Assembly (NCBI GenBank): GCA_031364845.1
Contig: JANLWX010000007.1
Coordinates: 1 to 64,000, forward strand
Length of the DNA stretch: 64,000 nucleotides
Direction: 5' to 3'
From: Candidatus Eiseniibacteriota bacterium
GTDB taxonomy: Bacteria; Eisenbacteria; RBG-16-71-46
Both the position numbers and the translations under genes were made by a program. This document shows, in pieces, positions 29,532 through 41,006 of this stretch. The notes beneath the pieces were generated by a model. That model was not told the origin of the DNA and did not search any database. It saw only the letters and a list, made by a program, of their open reading frames with translations. The first letter of the stretch is position 1. Each line of letters starts with the position of its first letter.

Positions 29532-32078
29532 GTGGCCCGGGGGCAAGTCTGCCTCCCGCCGATCAAGTTGCACGGCAATTCCGACGATAACCGACGTGTG
29601 CGTCACTTTCCCCAAACTCTCAAATTCGCTGCCCGTCATGCGCGGAAGGCGCTCGCCGCGTTGTTGCCCGTCTTCCTGTCGGCCACCGCGAACGGCGCCG
29701 CCGTATCGTGGACCGGTTCGACCTCCACGGCATGGAACCTTGCGGGAAACTGGAGCTCGGGCGCGATTCCCGGCAGCGCGGACGACGTCACGATTTCCGC
29801 GAACGTCCCGAGCGGCAGATACCCGGTGGTGAGCACCGCAACCGCCAATGCCAGGACACTGATTCTGGCGTCTGGCGCCGGGGCGCCACCCACCCTGACA
29901 GTGTCCGGCGACAGTCTCATCGTGGCCGGGAACTTCACCGTCAGCGCCGGGACGGTGACCCACTCGGGCGGCAGGATCAAAGTGACGGCCGGCGCTGTGT
30001 CGATCACCGGGACGTTGAACGAATCCGCGGGCACTTTCCTCAGCGCGGTTACGATGACCCTAAACGCCGGGGGCAACATTAATGTCGGGGGGGCCGGGAT
30101 CATTCACATGGCGAGCGCGATGGGGACCAATCCCACCGCCAACATCGTGATTGCGGCCGGCGGTACCGCGACCCAGACCGGAGGCTCGGTCCGCGTCCGG
30201 GACTTGACCACGACCGCTGGCTCGCCTGGGGGTACCTACGCTCAATCGGGCGGTACCTTCAAGATGTACCGCGACTACAGGAACAGCGGAACGTTCAACG
30301 CGACCGCCGGCACGATCGAGTTCGCGGGCGCGGGCGGCGTCAACGCATTCAACGCTCCCGGAACCAACCAGTTCTTCAACGTCACCGTGAATACAGGAGT
30401 CAACACCGACTTTTCCAGCACCTTTGCGGCGTCGATTCTCGTCCGCGGCGACTGGACAATGAACGGCACCGCCAATCTCGTGGGCAGAGCGACCACGGTC
30501 ACCTTCAACGGGACCGGGTCTCAATCGATCGGCGGGTCGGCGAGCACGACCTTTCGGAACATCGCGGTCGACAAGGCGTCGGGAACCGTCACCCTCGCCC
30601 GCGCGCAGACAATCACGAGTGGCGACCTGACCGTCACAGCCGGCACCCTCGATCTTGCGTCCATACCATGAACCGCTCCGCGGCCGGCGGAGTCATCACG
30701 GTGTCGAACGGCGCCACGCTCAAGATCGGCGGTACGAACTCGTTCCCCTCGAACTACACGACCCACACACTCGGGGCGACGAGTACTGTCGACTACTACG
30801 GGACGAACCAGACCGTCACCGACGAGAACTACGGACATCTGCTGCTGAGCACGAGCGGCACGAAGACCCTGCCTGCGACCGCGGTCAGCATCGCCGGGAA
30901 CTTCACGATGTCGGGCACGCCGTCCGCCACCGCCGCCTCGGCGCTGACGGTGGGCGGAGTCTTCATGGTCGGCACTGGTTGTACATTCGGCGCGGCGTCC
31001 TACTCGCATTCCATGGCCGGGAACTTCGTGAACGACGGAACGTTCACGGCCTCGACCAGTACGGTCACGATGAACGGATCCTCGGGGCAGACGATTTCCG
31101 GCGCCACAGCGACCACCTTACAACCTCACGCTCAGCAATTCGAACGGCCTCACGTTGAGCACCAGCACCTCCGCGAGCGGCACACTCACGCTCACGAGCG
31201 GCAAGATCACGACCGGATCGAACTCGATGATCATCAACTCGACCGGCTCGGTCTCGCGCACCAGCGGACACGTGGTCGGGAACTTCCAGAAAAACGTCAC
31301 GGCAGGCTCGGGCACTTCGCGGACGTTTGAGATCGGCGACGCTTCGAGCTACACGCCGCTGACCGCGGTGTTCGCGACGGTTTCGGTGGCGGGAAACCTC
31401 ACCTGCAGCACCACATCGGGCGACCACGCGAACATCGCCACGTCGGACGTGAACCCGTCCAAGAGCGTAAACCGCTACTGGACCATGACCGGCAGCGGCG
31501 GGCTCACCTTCACCACCCACAGCACGACCTTCACGTTCGTGGCGGGTGACGTGGACGGCGGTGCCGCGACCGCGAACTTCATCACACGCCGCTGGAGCGG
31601 TTCCGCGTGGTCCACGACCACGGCCGGCTCGAGAACCGCAACCACGACCCAGATCACCAGCCAGTCCACGCTGGGAGACTTTCAGGTCGGCAACATTCTC
31701 AGCGTGGCCGCGAGCAACAGCGTGTTCGCGTTCGGAACCGAGCCGCTCAACACCTGGCTCACGCCACAATCGAGCGTGATCACCAACGACGGCACCGAAA
31801 CCGAGGCAATCGTCGCCAGGATCTCGACCTTCGCCGCCGGCGCAAACACCTGGGCGCTTTCGGCGACGGCCAACGGCGCCGACCAGGCGCGCGCCCAGTG
31901 GTCCGTGACCTCCTCGACCGGACCGTAGACCGACATTGCCGCCTTCGCGACCAACTTTGCCGTCACGGGGAGCCTGGCGGCGAGCGCCGCGCTGACGCTC
32001 TACCTGCGCGTCCAGACCCCGACCTCGACGACTTCGCTCGGCCCGTATTCGTCGACACTGACCCTGACCGCGCAGTGA
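29532..32078 (+). pseudogene. Disrupted large secreted Thr/Gly-rich adhesin with a C-terminal pilin-like domain (about 830 aa if repaired)
   Basis: Three ORF pieces (29532-30671, 30668-31330, 31155-31928) join into one repeat-rich protein with a 1-nt deletion near 30662 and a 2-nt deletion near 31118. In-frame TAG at 31926-31928, with plausible coding continuing to TGA 32076-32078. Likely start GTG 29598. Confidence 0.75.
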
Positions 32079-32291
32079 AATTTCCCTCACGGTTCGTGCC
32101 GAAGCGGCCGAAACTTGAGTCAGTGGGATGGCTTTTTGCCCGGTCGGATTCAGTTCGGTGGGGCAAAAGCACCGGAGCCATTCGCCGGATCCCTTAGGAC
32201 ACGATCGCGCTGGTCGGTTCCAGCCACCTCCTCGAGGAACCGCCATTTACAAGCGCCTGAGCCGACTCGGAGGTTTGAGAGCGTGCCTGCT

Positions 32292-32828
32292 ATGAGCAAG
32301 TCTTTCGGTCTGCGTTCAATTTTGGCCATTGTGTGGGGAGTGCTCGCCGCCGGTCCCGCGTTTGCCGCGAATCCCGCGACGATCTCGGTGACGGTCACGA
32401 TTCAGAATCTGAGTGTCACCGCATCCGGGCCGATCGCCTTCGGCACCGTGGTCGCCGGCAGCCAGACCGTCTCCAGCGGTGCCTCGACCATCACGAACGA
32501 CGGCAACGTGGTCGAGTCCATGTCGTTGTCGCTGACGAACCCGGGCTCGTGGACCGCAGTCCAGGCGGCGCCGGTAGCCGAGGAGTACGCGCTGCTGGCG
32601 CAGTTCAACGCCGCCGCGCCGACCCCGGTTTCGTTCACGTACGCCAATCACGCGCTCTCGACGTCGTCGGTGGCCTCGTCGGTCACGAAGTTCGCCGGTG
32701 ATCAGACCGGAGTCTCGATGGCCGTGGCGGCGACGCGAAGCCTGTGGTTCCGGTTCAATGCTCCGGCCTCGACCGCGGTGACGACTCAGCAGACCATCAG
32801 CGTCACGGTGACGGCTTCGGCCGGGTGA
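32292..32828 (+). CDS. Small secreted all-beta pilin-like protein
   Basis: Signal peptide ending AFA; ATISVTVTI N-terminal strand, IAFGTV, ITNDGN, LWFRFNAP, TISVTVTA C-terminus. GGAGG RBS (GTG 32283 is an alternative start). Confidence 0.7.
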   Translation: MSKSFGLRSILAIVWGVLAAGPAFAANPATISVTVTIQNLSVTASGPIAFGTVVAGSQTVSSGASTITNDGNVVESMSLSLTNPGSWTAVQAAPVAEEYALLAQFNAAAPTPVSFTYANHALSTSSVASSVTKFAGDQTGVSMAVAATRSLWFRFNAPASTAVTTQQTISVTVTASAG

Positions 32829-33721
32829 TGACCATGAACCCTTACGCCGCCAAAATCACGCTGATCGCGCTTCTCAGCCTTGCCACACCCCTGGTGGCAA
32901 GTGCGGGTGGATTGCGTTGCTCCGTCGGTGAAGTCGTGCTCGAGAATCTGAAGATCAGCAAGACGTACTCGCTGCGTACGCTCGCCAATCTTCCGCTGAC
33001 GCTGACGAACTCGGGGGACCATTCGGTCACGGTGGCCCTCGATCCGATGTTGCCGGGCGAGTCCGAGTTGCGCGGTGGAGCCGAGGCGATCGGTTCGCTG
33101 GAGTGGATCTCCGTCGAGCCGAAAACCCTCACGCTCGAAGCCGGGCAGACCGGAACCGCCGATGTCACGCTGGTGCTGCCGGACGACGAGAAGCTGTTCG
33201 GCCGGCGCTTCCAGGCGATGGTGTGGTCGCACACGCTGCCGGATCCGAACGATCTGGTTTCGGTCGGGCTCAAGAGCCGCATCATCTTCTCGGTCGACAC
33301 CGAACGCGACAGCGGGACCGAAGTGCCCACCGGCGAGCTCGGCATTCAGCTCGAATCGGCCGAACTCAAGCTCACGGGTCTGAAGGCGCGCCGCGCTTAC
33401 AAGCTCGAGGATCTGATGACGCGCCCGATGTCGGTGCGCAACACGTCATCCCGTACGCTCACGATCGAGCTCGCGCCGGCCGCGGTGCCCGCATCGGAAG
33501 CGTCGGAGGCGGGGGATCTGCTCGCGGTGGCTCAGCTCAAGTTCGATCCGGCAGTCGTGGTGCTCGCCCCCGGCGAACGCCGCGCCGTGACGGGGACGCT
33601 CACCGTCAACGATCCGGCCAAGGTGCGCGGCCGCAGGCTGCGGTGCGCGGTGTCGGCTTCAGTGACCGATCTGGCCGTCCGCACGAGGATTCTCTCGCGC
33701 ATCGTTGCCGTCGCCCGCTGA
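32828..33721 (+). CDS. Secreted two-Ig-domain protein resembling fimbrial chaperones (PapD/EcpB/DUF916-like)
   Basis: Signal peptide; repeated L.LTNSG...V.L / WISVEP..LTL.AGQ and MSVRNTS...IEL / FDP..VVLAPGE units; TGATG coupling to the pilin-like gene. Confidence 0.6.
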   Translation: MTMNPYAAKITLIALLSLATPLVASAGGLRCSVGEVVLENLKISKTYSLRTLANLPLTLTNSGDHSVTVALDPMLPGESELRGGAEAIGSLEWISVEPKTLTLEAGQTGTADVTLVLPDDEKLFGRRFQAMVWSHTLPDPNDLVSVGLKSRIIFSVDTERDSGTEVPTGELGIQLESAELKLTGLKARRAYKLEDLMTRPMSVRNTSSRTLTIELAPAAVPASEASEAGDLLAVAQLKFDPAVVVLAPGERRAVTGTLTVNDPAKVRGRRLRCAVSASVTDLAVRTRILSRIVAVAR

Positions 33722-34283
33722 GATCTCATTGAATCGCGCGCTGCGCGTGATCGTCGTGTGCATGGCGCTCGCGTGCGCCGCGCGTTCGGATTCGGCGACT
33801 CCGGGTACCGCGGGCGCCGGCGACGCACCGTCGCCGGCCGCACCCGCGCGAACCGGCGGTCCCCGCGAGGCCGTGCGGATGCCGGCCAAACGCGACACCA
33901 CCGCGCGCCCGCTGGCACGTGATCCCGGCCGCGCGCGCACCACGGGCACTCCGGTGCGCCAGGTCGCCGTCACGGTGCTCGTGATCCCCGGTCCTCAGGC
34001 ATCCTATCGCCTCGACTTCCGCCGCCCGTGGCCCAATCCCGCTTCGACGAACGCGATGCTGCGATTCAGCATCGCCGAAGCCGGCCCCGTCACAATCAGC
34101 GTCTACAGCATCTTCGGACAGAAGGTCGCGACCCCGGTTCGCGTGTATTATCCGCCCGGTGAATACGAAGTGCGTTGGCCCACGACCGACGACCGCGGCC
34201 GGCGACTCGCGCCGGGAATGTATGTGCTCCGCATGACGGCCGGACGCCAGGTCCGCACGCATAAGATCGCGATCACGCGCTGA
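33705..34283 (+). CDS. Small secreted protein: signal, Pro/Ala-rich linker, short beta strand, FlgD-Ig/T9SS-type-A-like domain
   Basis: PWPNP...LRFSI...VTISVYSIFGQKV...GEYEVRW...GRRLAPGMYVLRM. Start uncertain (TTG 33729 plausible). Confidence 0.65.
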   Translation: MPSPAEISLNRALRVIVVCMALACAARSDSATPGTAGAGDAPSPAAPARTGGPREAVRMPAKRDTTARPLARDPGRARTTGTPVRQVAVTVLVIPGPQASYRLDFRRPWPNPASTNAMLRFSIAEAGPVTISVYSIFGQKVATPVRVYYPPGEYEVRWPTTDDRGRRLAPGMYVLRMTAGRQVRTHKIAITR

Positions 34284-34302
34284 CGCCGCAGTAGTGCGGC
34301 GT
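34283..34302 (+). terminator. Hairpin closing the putative pilus cluster
   Basis: ACGCCGCA-GTAG-TGCGGCGT at the stop codon; weak U tract. Confidence 0.45.
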
Positions 34303-34334
34303 TCCGTACCGGCGCCCCACGTCAGGAGGATCCC

Positions 34335-35807
<1,473 letters not shown>

Positions 35808-35814
35808 TCCGCGT

Positions 35815-36300
35815 TCAGGCGTCCTCGGCAAAGTCCTTCTCAGTGGCCGGCCGGAACGCGAGATCCGCCGCGAGCCACACGACGCGGCTGAACGGGTGGA
35901 ACCACACCGCGAACCCGACGATGAGTGCGATGCCCCCGGCATAGAGCAACGGCCGCGGGACTCGCTCAGAGAGCCCCGCCACGGCGACCGCGACCCCGAC
36001 CACGAGCGCTCCCACGAGGTTGATCGTGTACGAGCCCAGGAAGTAGTCGGGCTCCCCGCGGTCGAGGCGAAGATGGCAAGCGGGGCAGCGGGCTTTGAGC
36101 TGGAGTGGGGAGGCCCGGAGCGATTTTCCGCCACAATGAGGACACCGCAACCGCGCCGCCCGCAATAACTTGGTTGTGAGGCGAAGATTGTTGCGGAGCC
36201 TCTCTGGGGTATTTTCGGTCGTGTAAATGGTTGCCTCCCAATGGCGGTTGGGGCGGAAAAAGCCCCCGCAACAATCTTCGCCCCACAACCATCGCCTCAC
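35815..36300 (-). CDS. DUF983-like zinc-ribbon membrane protein; true start probably downstream of 36300
   Basis: RLRCPHCG...RCPAC....R.EPDYFLG followed by two TM helices. Confidence 0.65.
   Translation of the reverse strand: MRRWLWGEDCCGGFFRPNRHWEATIYTTENTPERLRNNLRLTTKLLRAARLRCPHCGGKSLRASPLQLKARCPACHLRLDRGEPDYFLGSYTINLVGALVVGVAVAVAGLSERVPRPLLYAGGIALIVGFAVWFHPFSRVVWLAADLAFRPATEKDFAEDA
36171..36291. repeat. 26-bp near-perfect inverted repeat enclosing a 69-bp spacer
   Basis: 36171-36196 TGGTTGTGAGGCGAAGATTGTTGCGG versus 36266-36291 CCGCAACAATCTTCGCCCCACAACCA (25 of 26 complementary). Confidence 0.85.
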
Positions 36301-36309
36301 AGCCTGGGC

Positions 36310-36366
36310 TTGACGGAACTCTTCGTGCCACGGTACGTTAAAGCTGCAATCTAACGTTAACGTAAG
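36310..36366 (+). promoter_or_regulatory. Putative promoter and MerR-type palindromic operator of the merR-suf operon
   Basis: TTGACG-N18-TACGTT, then palindrome CTAACGTTAACGTAAG (36351-36366) 11 nt before the ATG. Confidence 0.6.
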
Positions 36367-36377
36367 GGTTCGATCCC

Positions 36378-36920
36378 ATGCACACCACGCAGCGCCAACT
36401 ACTTCGAATCGGGGACGTTGCCCGCCTGACCGGCAAGACGGTCCGGGCCATCCATCTATACGAAGAGCTGGGACTGCTGCAACCCGCCACCCGTTCGAGC
36501 GGAGGCTTTCGCCTCTACGAGGCGGTCGCGGTGGAACGGGTCAAGTGGATCGACCGGCTGCACACGCTCGGGTTCTCACTCCAGGAGATGCGCGATCTGA
36601 TCCGCGCCTGGTGGGGCACTGGACTCGGGCCCCAGGCGATGACGGACTTGCGCACGTTGTTCCAGCGCAAGCTCGAAGAAACGCGGGATGCGATCGAGCG
36701 CCATCAACAGCTCGAGCAGGAACTGACCGAAGGCCTCGCGTATCTCGAAACCTGCCGGCAGTGCGAGTCGCCGGCGGATGTGCTCGGGTGCGTGAACTGT
36801 TCGCAGGACCACGGGATGAAGCAGGAACCGGCGCTCGTCGCCGGCATCACTACGGCGCCGGGGCCGCACCGAATGGGTGCACGTCCCGCGCTGGTGCGAA
36901 TCGAAGACATCCGCACGTAG
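36378..36920 (+). CDS. MerR-family transcriptional regulator with a C-terminal Cys cluster
   Basis: LRIGDVARLTGKTVRAIHLYEELGLL.P..RSSGGFRLY, LGFSLQEM; tail CRQC-x8-CVNC-x3-H. Confidence 0.9.
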   Translation: MHTTQRQLLRIGDVARLTGKTVRAIHLYEELGLLQPATRSSGGFRLYEAVAVERVKWIDRLHTLGFSLQEMRDLIRAWWGTGLGPQAMTDLRTLFQRKLEETRDAIERHQQLEQELTEGLAYLETCRQCESPADVLGCVNCSQDHGMKQEPALVAGITTAPGPHRMGARPALVRIEDIRT

Positions 36921-36946
36921 CCAAAACTGAAGAGGGTCGATCTCCA

Positions 36947-37309
36947 ATGACGCTTCCGATCGTGAACCAGAATCCCATCCGCACCGGCATCTCGGTGAGC
37001 CCGATCGCCGCCGAGAAGGTGAAGGAACTGCTTGCCCAGCGCAGCACACCCGAACACGGCCTGCGCATCGGTGTGCGCGGCGGTGGTTGTTCCGGCAACT
37101 CCTACTTCATGGAGTTCTGCGAGGCCGAGACCGACGGTGACCAGGTGTTCCTCAGCAATGGCGTGAAGCTCGTCATCGACGTGAAGAGCGCCCAGCTGCT
37201 GGCCGGCACCGAAATCGATTTCGTGAGCGGACTCATGGGGTCGGGGTTCAAGTTCAACAATCCGAACGTCCGTCACAGCTGCGCCTGCGGAGAGAGTTTC
37301 TCCGCCTGA
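36947..37309 (+). CDS. sufA: A-type Fe-S carrier (IscA/SufA, HesB family)
   Basis: [20 protein letters not shown]...CACGESF. Confidence 0.9.
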   Translation: MTLPIVNQNPIRTGISVSPIAAEKVKELLAQRSTPEHGLRIGVRGGGCSGNSYFMEFCEAETDGDQVFLSNGVKLVIDVKSAQLLAGTEIDFVSGLMGSGFKFNNPNVRHSCACGESFSA

Positions 37310-37404
37310 TCATCCACGCGCCGCTCGCGCGGCGTTCCGATCCGCCCGGCCCGGGCGGCGTAACGAACGAACCGTCCGCCTTGCGCGGACTCGAGGGAAT
37401 ACGC

Positions 37405-38202
37405 ATGAGCAACACTCCGGAATTGATCGTCAAAGACCTCCACGTCGCGGTGGAGGGCAAGGAGATCCTCAAGGGACTTTCGCTCGAAGTGCGCAAGGGG
37501 GAAGTGCACGCACTCATGGGACCCAACGGATCGGGCAAGAGCACGTTCGCCAACACCCTGATGGGCCATCCCCGCTACGAGGTCACCTCCGGTGACATTC
37601 AGTTCAAGGGTGAGAGCATTCTCGAGATGGAAACCGACGAGCGCTCGCGCGCGGGCCTGTTCATGGCGTTCCAGTATCCGGTCGCGATCCCGGGGGTGAC
37701 GGTCGCGAATTTCCTGCGCACCGCGCTCAATGCCCGCATCGCTCCGCCGGCGGGTGTGGATGGCCGCGTGCCGCTCAAGAAGGGCATCAACCCCAAGGAA
37801 TTCCGCACGCTGCTGCGCGCGCAGATGTCGATCCTCAAGATGGACGAATCGTTCGCGACCCGCTATCTCAACGACGGGTTCTCGGGTGGCGAGAAGAAGC
37901 GCGCGGAGATCCTCCAGATGGCTCTGCTCAAGCCCGAGATCGCGATCATGGACGAAACCGATTCGGGTCTCGACATCGACGCGCTCAAGGTCGTGTCCGA
38001 GGGCGTCAACGCGCTCGCGGGTCCGGATCTGGGAGTGCTCGTGATCACGCACTACAACCGCATCCTCAACTACATCAAGCCGGACCGCGTCCATGTGATG
38101 GTGGATGGACGCATCGCGACCTCGGGCGGGCCCGAGCTCGCGCTCGAACTCGAGAGCCGCGGTTATGACTGGGTCCGCGAAGGCAGCGAGGTGACGCGAT
38201 GA
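37405..38202 (+). CDS. sufC: Fe-S assembly ATPase SufC
   Basis: [42 protein letters not shown]. Confidence 0.97.
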   Translation: MSNTPELIVKDLHVAVEGKEILKGLSLEVRKGEVHALMGPNGSGKSTFANTLMGHPRYEVTSGDIQFKGESILEMETDERSRAGLFMAFQYPVAIPGVTVANFLRTALNARIAPPAGVDGRVPLKKGINPKEFRTLLRAQMSILKMDESFATRYLNDGFSGGEKKRAEILQMALLKPEIAIMDETDSGLDIDALKVVSEGVNALAGPDLGVLVITHYNRILNYIKPDRVHVMVDGRIATSGGPELALELESRGYDWVREGSEVTR

Positions 38203-39614
38203 GCACCGCCGAAACCAGCACACTCGGATCGAAGGACGAATACACCGAGAAATACGGATTCCACGACGCCGATCAGTACGTCTTCAAGGCCCGCAAGGGG
38301 CTCGACCGCACGATCGTCGAGCAGATCTCGCAGATGAAGGGCGAGCCGCAGTGGATGCTCGACTACCGGCTGAAGGCGCTCGACATCTTCTACAAGAAGC
38401 CGATGCCGATGTGGGGCGGCGACGTCGCCGCCATCAACTTCGACGACATCTACTACTACGTGAAGCCGACCACCGACGAAGTGAAGTCGTGGGACGACGT
38501 GCCGGCCGACATGAAGCGCACGTTCGACAAGCTCGGCATTCCTGAAGCGGAGCAGAAGTTCCTGTCAGGCGTCGGCGCGCAGTACGACTCGGAGGTCGTG
38601 TACCACAAGATCAAAGAGTCGCTCGAGAAGCAGGGCGTGATCTTCCTGTCGGCCGATCATGGGCTGCGCGATCACGAGGAGCTGTTCAAGGAGTACTTCG
38701 GAACGATCATTCCTTCGACCGACAACAAGTTCGCGGCACTCAACTCCGCGGTGTGGTCGGGTGGATCGTTCATCTACGTGCCGAAGGGCGTGCATGTCGA
38801 CGTTCCGCTCCAGGCGTACTTCCGCATCAACACCAAGGACATGGGCCAGTTCGAGCGCACGCTGATCATCGTCGACGAAGGCGCCTACGTACATTATGTC
38901 GAAGGTTGCACCGCGCCCACGTACTCGAGCGATTCGCTTCATTCCGCGGTGGTCGAGATCATCGTGAAGCGCGGAGGACGCTGCCGCTATACGACGATCC
39001 AGAACTGGTCGAGCAACGTCTACAACCTCGTCACGAAGCGCGCCGTCGCCTACGCCGACGCGACGATGGAGTGGGTCGACGGGAATCTGGGGTCCAAGCT
39101 CACGATGAAATATCCGGCAGTGATCCTGAAGGAGCCGGGTGCTCACGGTGAGATCCTCTCGATCGCGTTCGCGGGCAAGGACCAGCACCAGGACGCGGGC
39201 GGCAAGGTCACGCACGCGGCACCCAACACGACGAGCAAGATCGTTTCGAAGTCGATCAGCAAGGATGGCGGACGCGCGGGCTACCGCGGGCTGATCAAGG
39301 TTCAGAAGGGTGCGGTCCACAGCCGCAGCACCGTGCAGTGCGACGCGCTGATCCTCGATCCGGAATCGCGCTCGGATACCTATCCCTACATGGAGATCGA
39401 AGAGGATCAGGTCTCGATCGGCCACGAGGCGACGGTGTCCAAGATCGGCGACGAGCAGATCTTCTATCTTCAGAGCCGCGGCATCGGCAAAGACGAGGCG
39501 GCGGCGATGATCGTGTCCGGCTTCATTGAGCCGATCGTGAAGGAACTGCCCATGGAGTACGCGGTCGAGATGAACCGCCTGATCCAGCTCCAGATGGAGG
39601 GCTCGGTCGGATGA
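38199..39614 (+). CDS. sufB: Fe-S assembly scaffold SufB
   Basis: [41 protein letters not shown]. Confidence 0.97.
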   Translation: MSTAETSTLGSKDEYTEKYGFHDADQYVFKARKGLDRTIVEQISQMKGEPQWMLDYRLKALDIFYKKPMPMWGGDVAAINFDDIYYYVKPTTDEVKSWDDVPADMKRTFDKLGIPEAEQKFLSGVGAQYDSEVVYHKIKESLEKQGVIFLSADHGLRDHEELFKEYFGTIIPSTDNKFAALNSAVWSGGSFIYVPKGVHVDVPLQAYFRINTKDMGQFERTLIIVDEGAYVHYVEGCTAPTYSSDSLHSAVVEIIVKRGGRCRYTTIQNWSSNVYNLVTKRAVAYADATMEWVDGNLGSKLTMKYPAVILKEPGAHGEILSIAFAGKDQHQDAGGKVTHAAPNTTSKIVSKSISKDGGRAGYRGLIKVQKGAVHSRSTVQCDALILDPESRSDTYPYMEIEEDQVSIGHEATVSKIGDEQIFYLQSRGIGKDEAAAMIVSGFIEPIVKELPMEYAVEMNRLIQLQMEGSVG

Positions 39615-40951
39615 CGACGGCGGAACTGAATACTTCGACCTCGTTCGAGCAGTGGGCCGGCCAGGCGGCGAGCCGCGCCGCGGCTGCCGGTGAGACGCCG
39701 GCATTCGCCGAACGCCGGCGCGCGGCGGCGGAGGTCATGCGCTCGCTCGTGTTGCCCACACGCGCGGATGAGCTGTGGCGGCGCACCGATTTCCGAACGC
39801 TCGAGGCTGCTCTTCCGGCGCTCGATCCATTCGTGACGCCAACGCTTTCGGACAACCTCAACCTCTTGCCCGCGGCATTGCTCGAACGGCTCGGCGAGAA
39901 CGCACTGTGCCCGCCGATCGTCGTTCAGGTGGACGGGGGAACGGCGTTCGAGCGTTCGACCGATTCACTCGAGCAGCAGGGCGTGATCGTGTGCTCGCTC
40001 GACCGGGCGGTGCGCGAGCATGCGGACAAGCTCGAAGCCCACTACGGCACCATGCTCGGCGATGACGTCGATTGGTACACCGCGGCCGGTTCGGCGCTGC
40101 GGTCGGGCGGGGCGTTCGTCTATGTCCCCGACGGTGTCGAGGCGGCGGAGCCGATCCGCATCGCCCAGTGGATCTCGCGGCCCGGCGTGCTCGCGGCACC
40201 GCGTACCGTGATCGTGCTCGGCCGCGGGGCGAAAGCGGTGGTCGTCGATGAGCAGAGTTCGGTGACCGCGGAAGGCATCTCGCTGCACGTGGGTGCGGTC
40301 GAGGCGTTCCTGGGCGACGAATCGAAACTGGCCTACGCGACGCTCCAGGACTGGGGCCGCAACGTCTACCACTACTCGAACCACCGCGCGCGCGTGGGGC
40401 ACAACGCCGAGCTGCAGTGGGTTCAGACGATGCTCGGAAGCCGCATGGCGAAGGCGAACTCGTACTTCGATCTCGCAGGAGCGGGTGCCCAGGCGTTCGT
40501 TCACGGTTTCATGTTCGGCGATCAGCGCCAGCACTTTCATCTGCACACGCTCCAGCGGCACCTGGTCGATCACACGACCAGCGATCTGCTGATCAAGTGC
40601 TGTCTCAAGGATCGGGCGCGCAGCATCTATCAGGGCCTGATCCAGGTGAGCGAGGGTGCCCAGCGCACCGACGCCTACCAGGCGAACCGCAATCTGCTGC
40701 TGTCCGACACGGCGCGCGCGGACAGCATCCCCGGTCTCGAGATCCTCGCCAACGACGTGCGTTGCACGCACGGGGCGACGATCGGTCATGTCGACGACGA
40801 ACAGCTCTATTATCTGATGGCGCGCGGGCTGCCGCGGCGCGAGGCGCAGCGCCTCGTGGTCGAAGGATTCTTCGCGCCGGTGCTCGATCGCATTCCGCTC
40901 GACGACGTGCGCGAACAGCTTCGCCACGAGATCGAACACAAACTCGGTTAG
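39611..40951 (+). CDS. sufD: Fe-S assembly protein SufD
   Basis: [43 protein letters not shown]. Confidence 0.93.
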   Translation: MTTAELNTSTSFEQWAGQAASRAAAAGETPAFAERRRAAAEVMRSLVLPTRADELWRRTDFRTLEAALPALDPFVTPTLSDNLNLLPAALLERLGENALCPPIVVQVDGGTAFERSTDSLEQQGVIVCSLDRAVREHADKLEAHYGTMLGDDVDWYTAAGSALRSGGAFVYVPDGVEAAEPIRIAQWISRPGVLAAPRTVIVLGRGAKAVVVDEQSSVTAEGISLHVGAVEAFLGDESKLAYATLQDWGRNVYHYSNHRARVGHNAELQWVQTMLGSRMAKANSYFDLAGAGAQAFVHGFMFGDQRQHFHLHTLQRHLVDHTTSDLLIKCCLKDRARSIYQGLIQVSEGAQRTDAYQANRNLLLSDTARADSIPGLEILANDVRCTHGATIGHVDDEQLYYLMARGLPRREAQRLVVEGFFAPVLDRIPLDDVREQLRHEIEHKLG

Positions 40952-41006
40952 CCGTGCGTCCGGGTCGCGGCAGTTCGCGGCACCGGAGCGCGAGCGGGGG
41001 ACGACG

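Noticed and set aside
30668..31330. Middle adhesin fragment as an independent ATGA-coupled gene
   Set aside because: It has no signal peptide or RBS, continues the same repeat pattern, and turns into off-frame sequence after about 31118.
31926..31928. In-frame TAG as possible pyrrolysine or recoded stop
   Set aside because: Many genes here end in TAG, the same gene has two frameshifts, and TGG-to-TAG is the simpler explanation.
36366..36377. GGGTTCGATCCC resembling a tRNA T-arm (a similar string lies near 18148)
   Set aside because: No acceptor stem, D-arm or anticodon arm; it sits directly in a gene leader.
37319..37368. Short GC hairpins between sufA and sufC
   Set aside because: Short all-GC stems without a U tract are common by chance at this composition.
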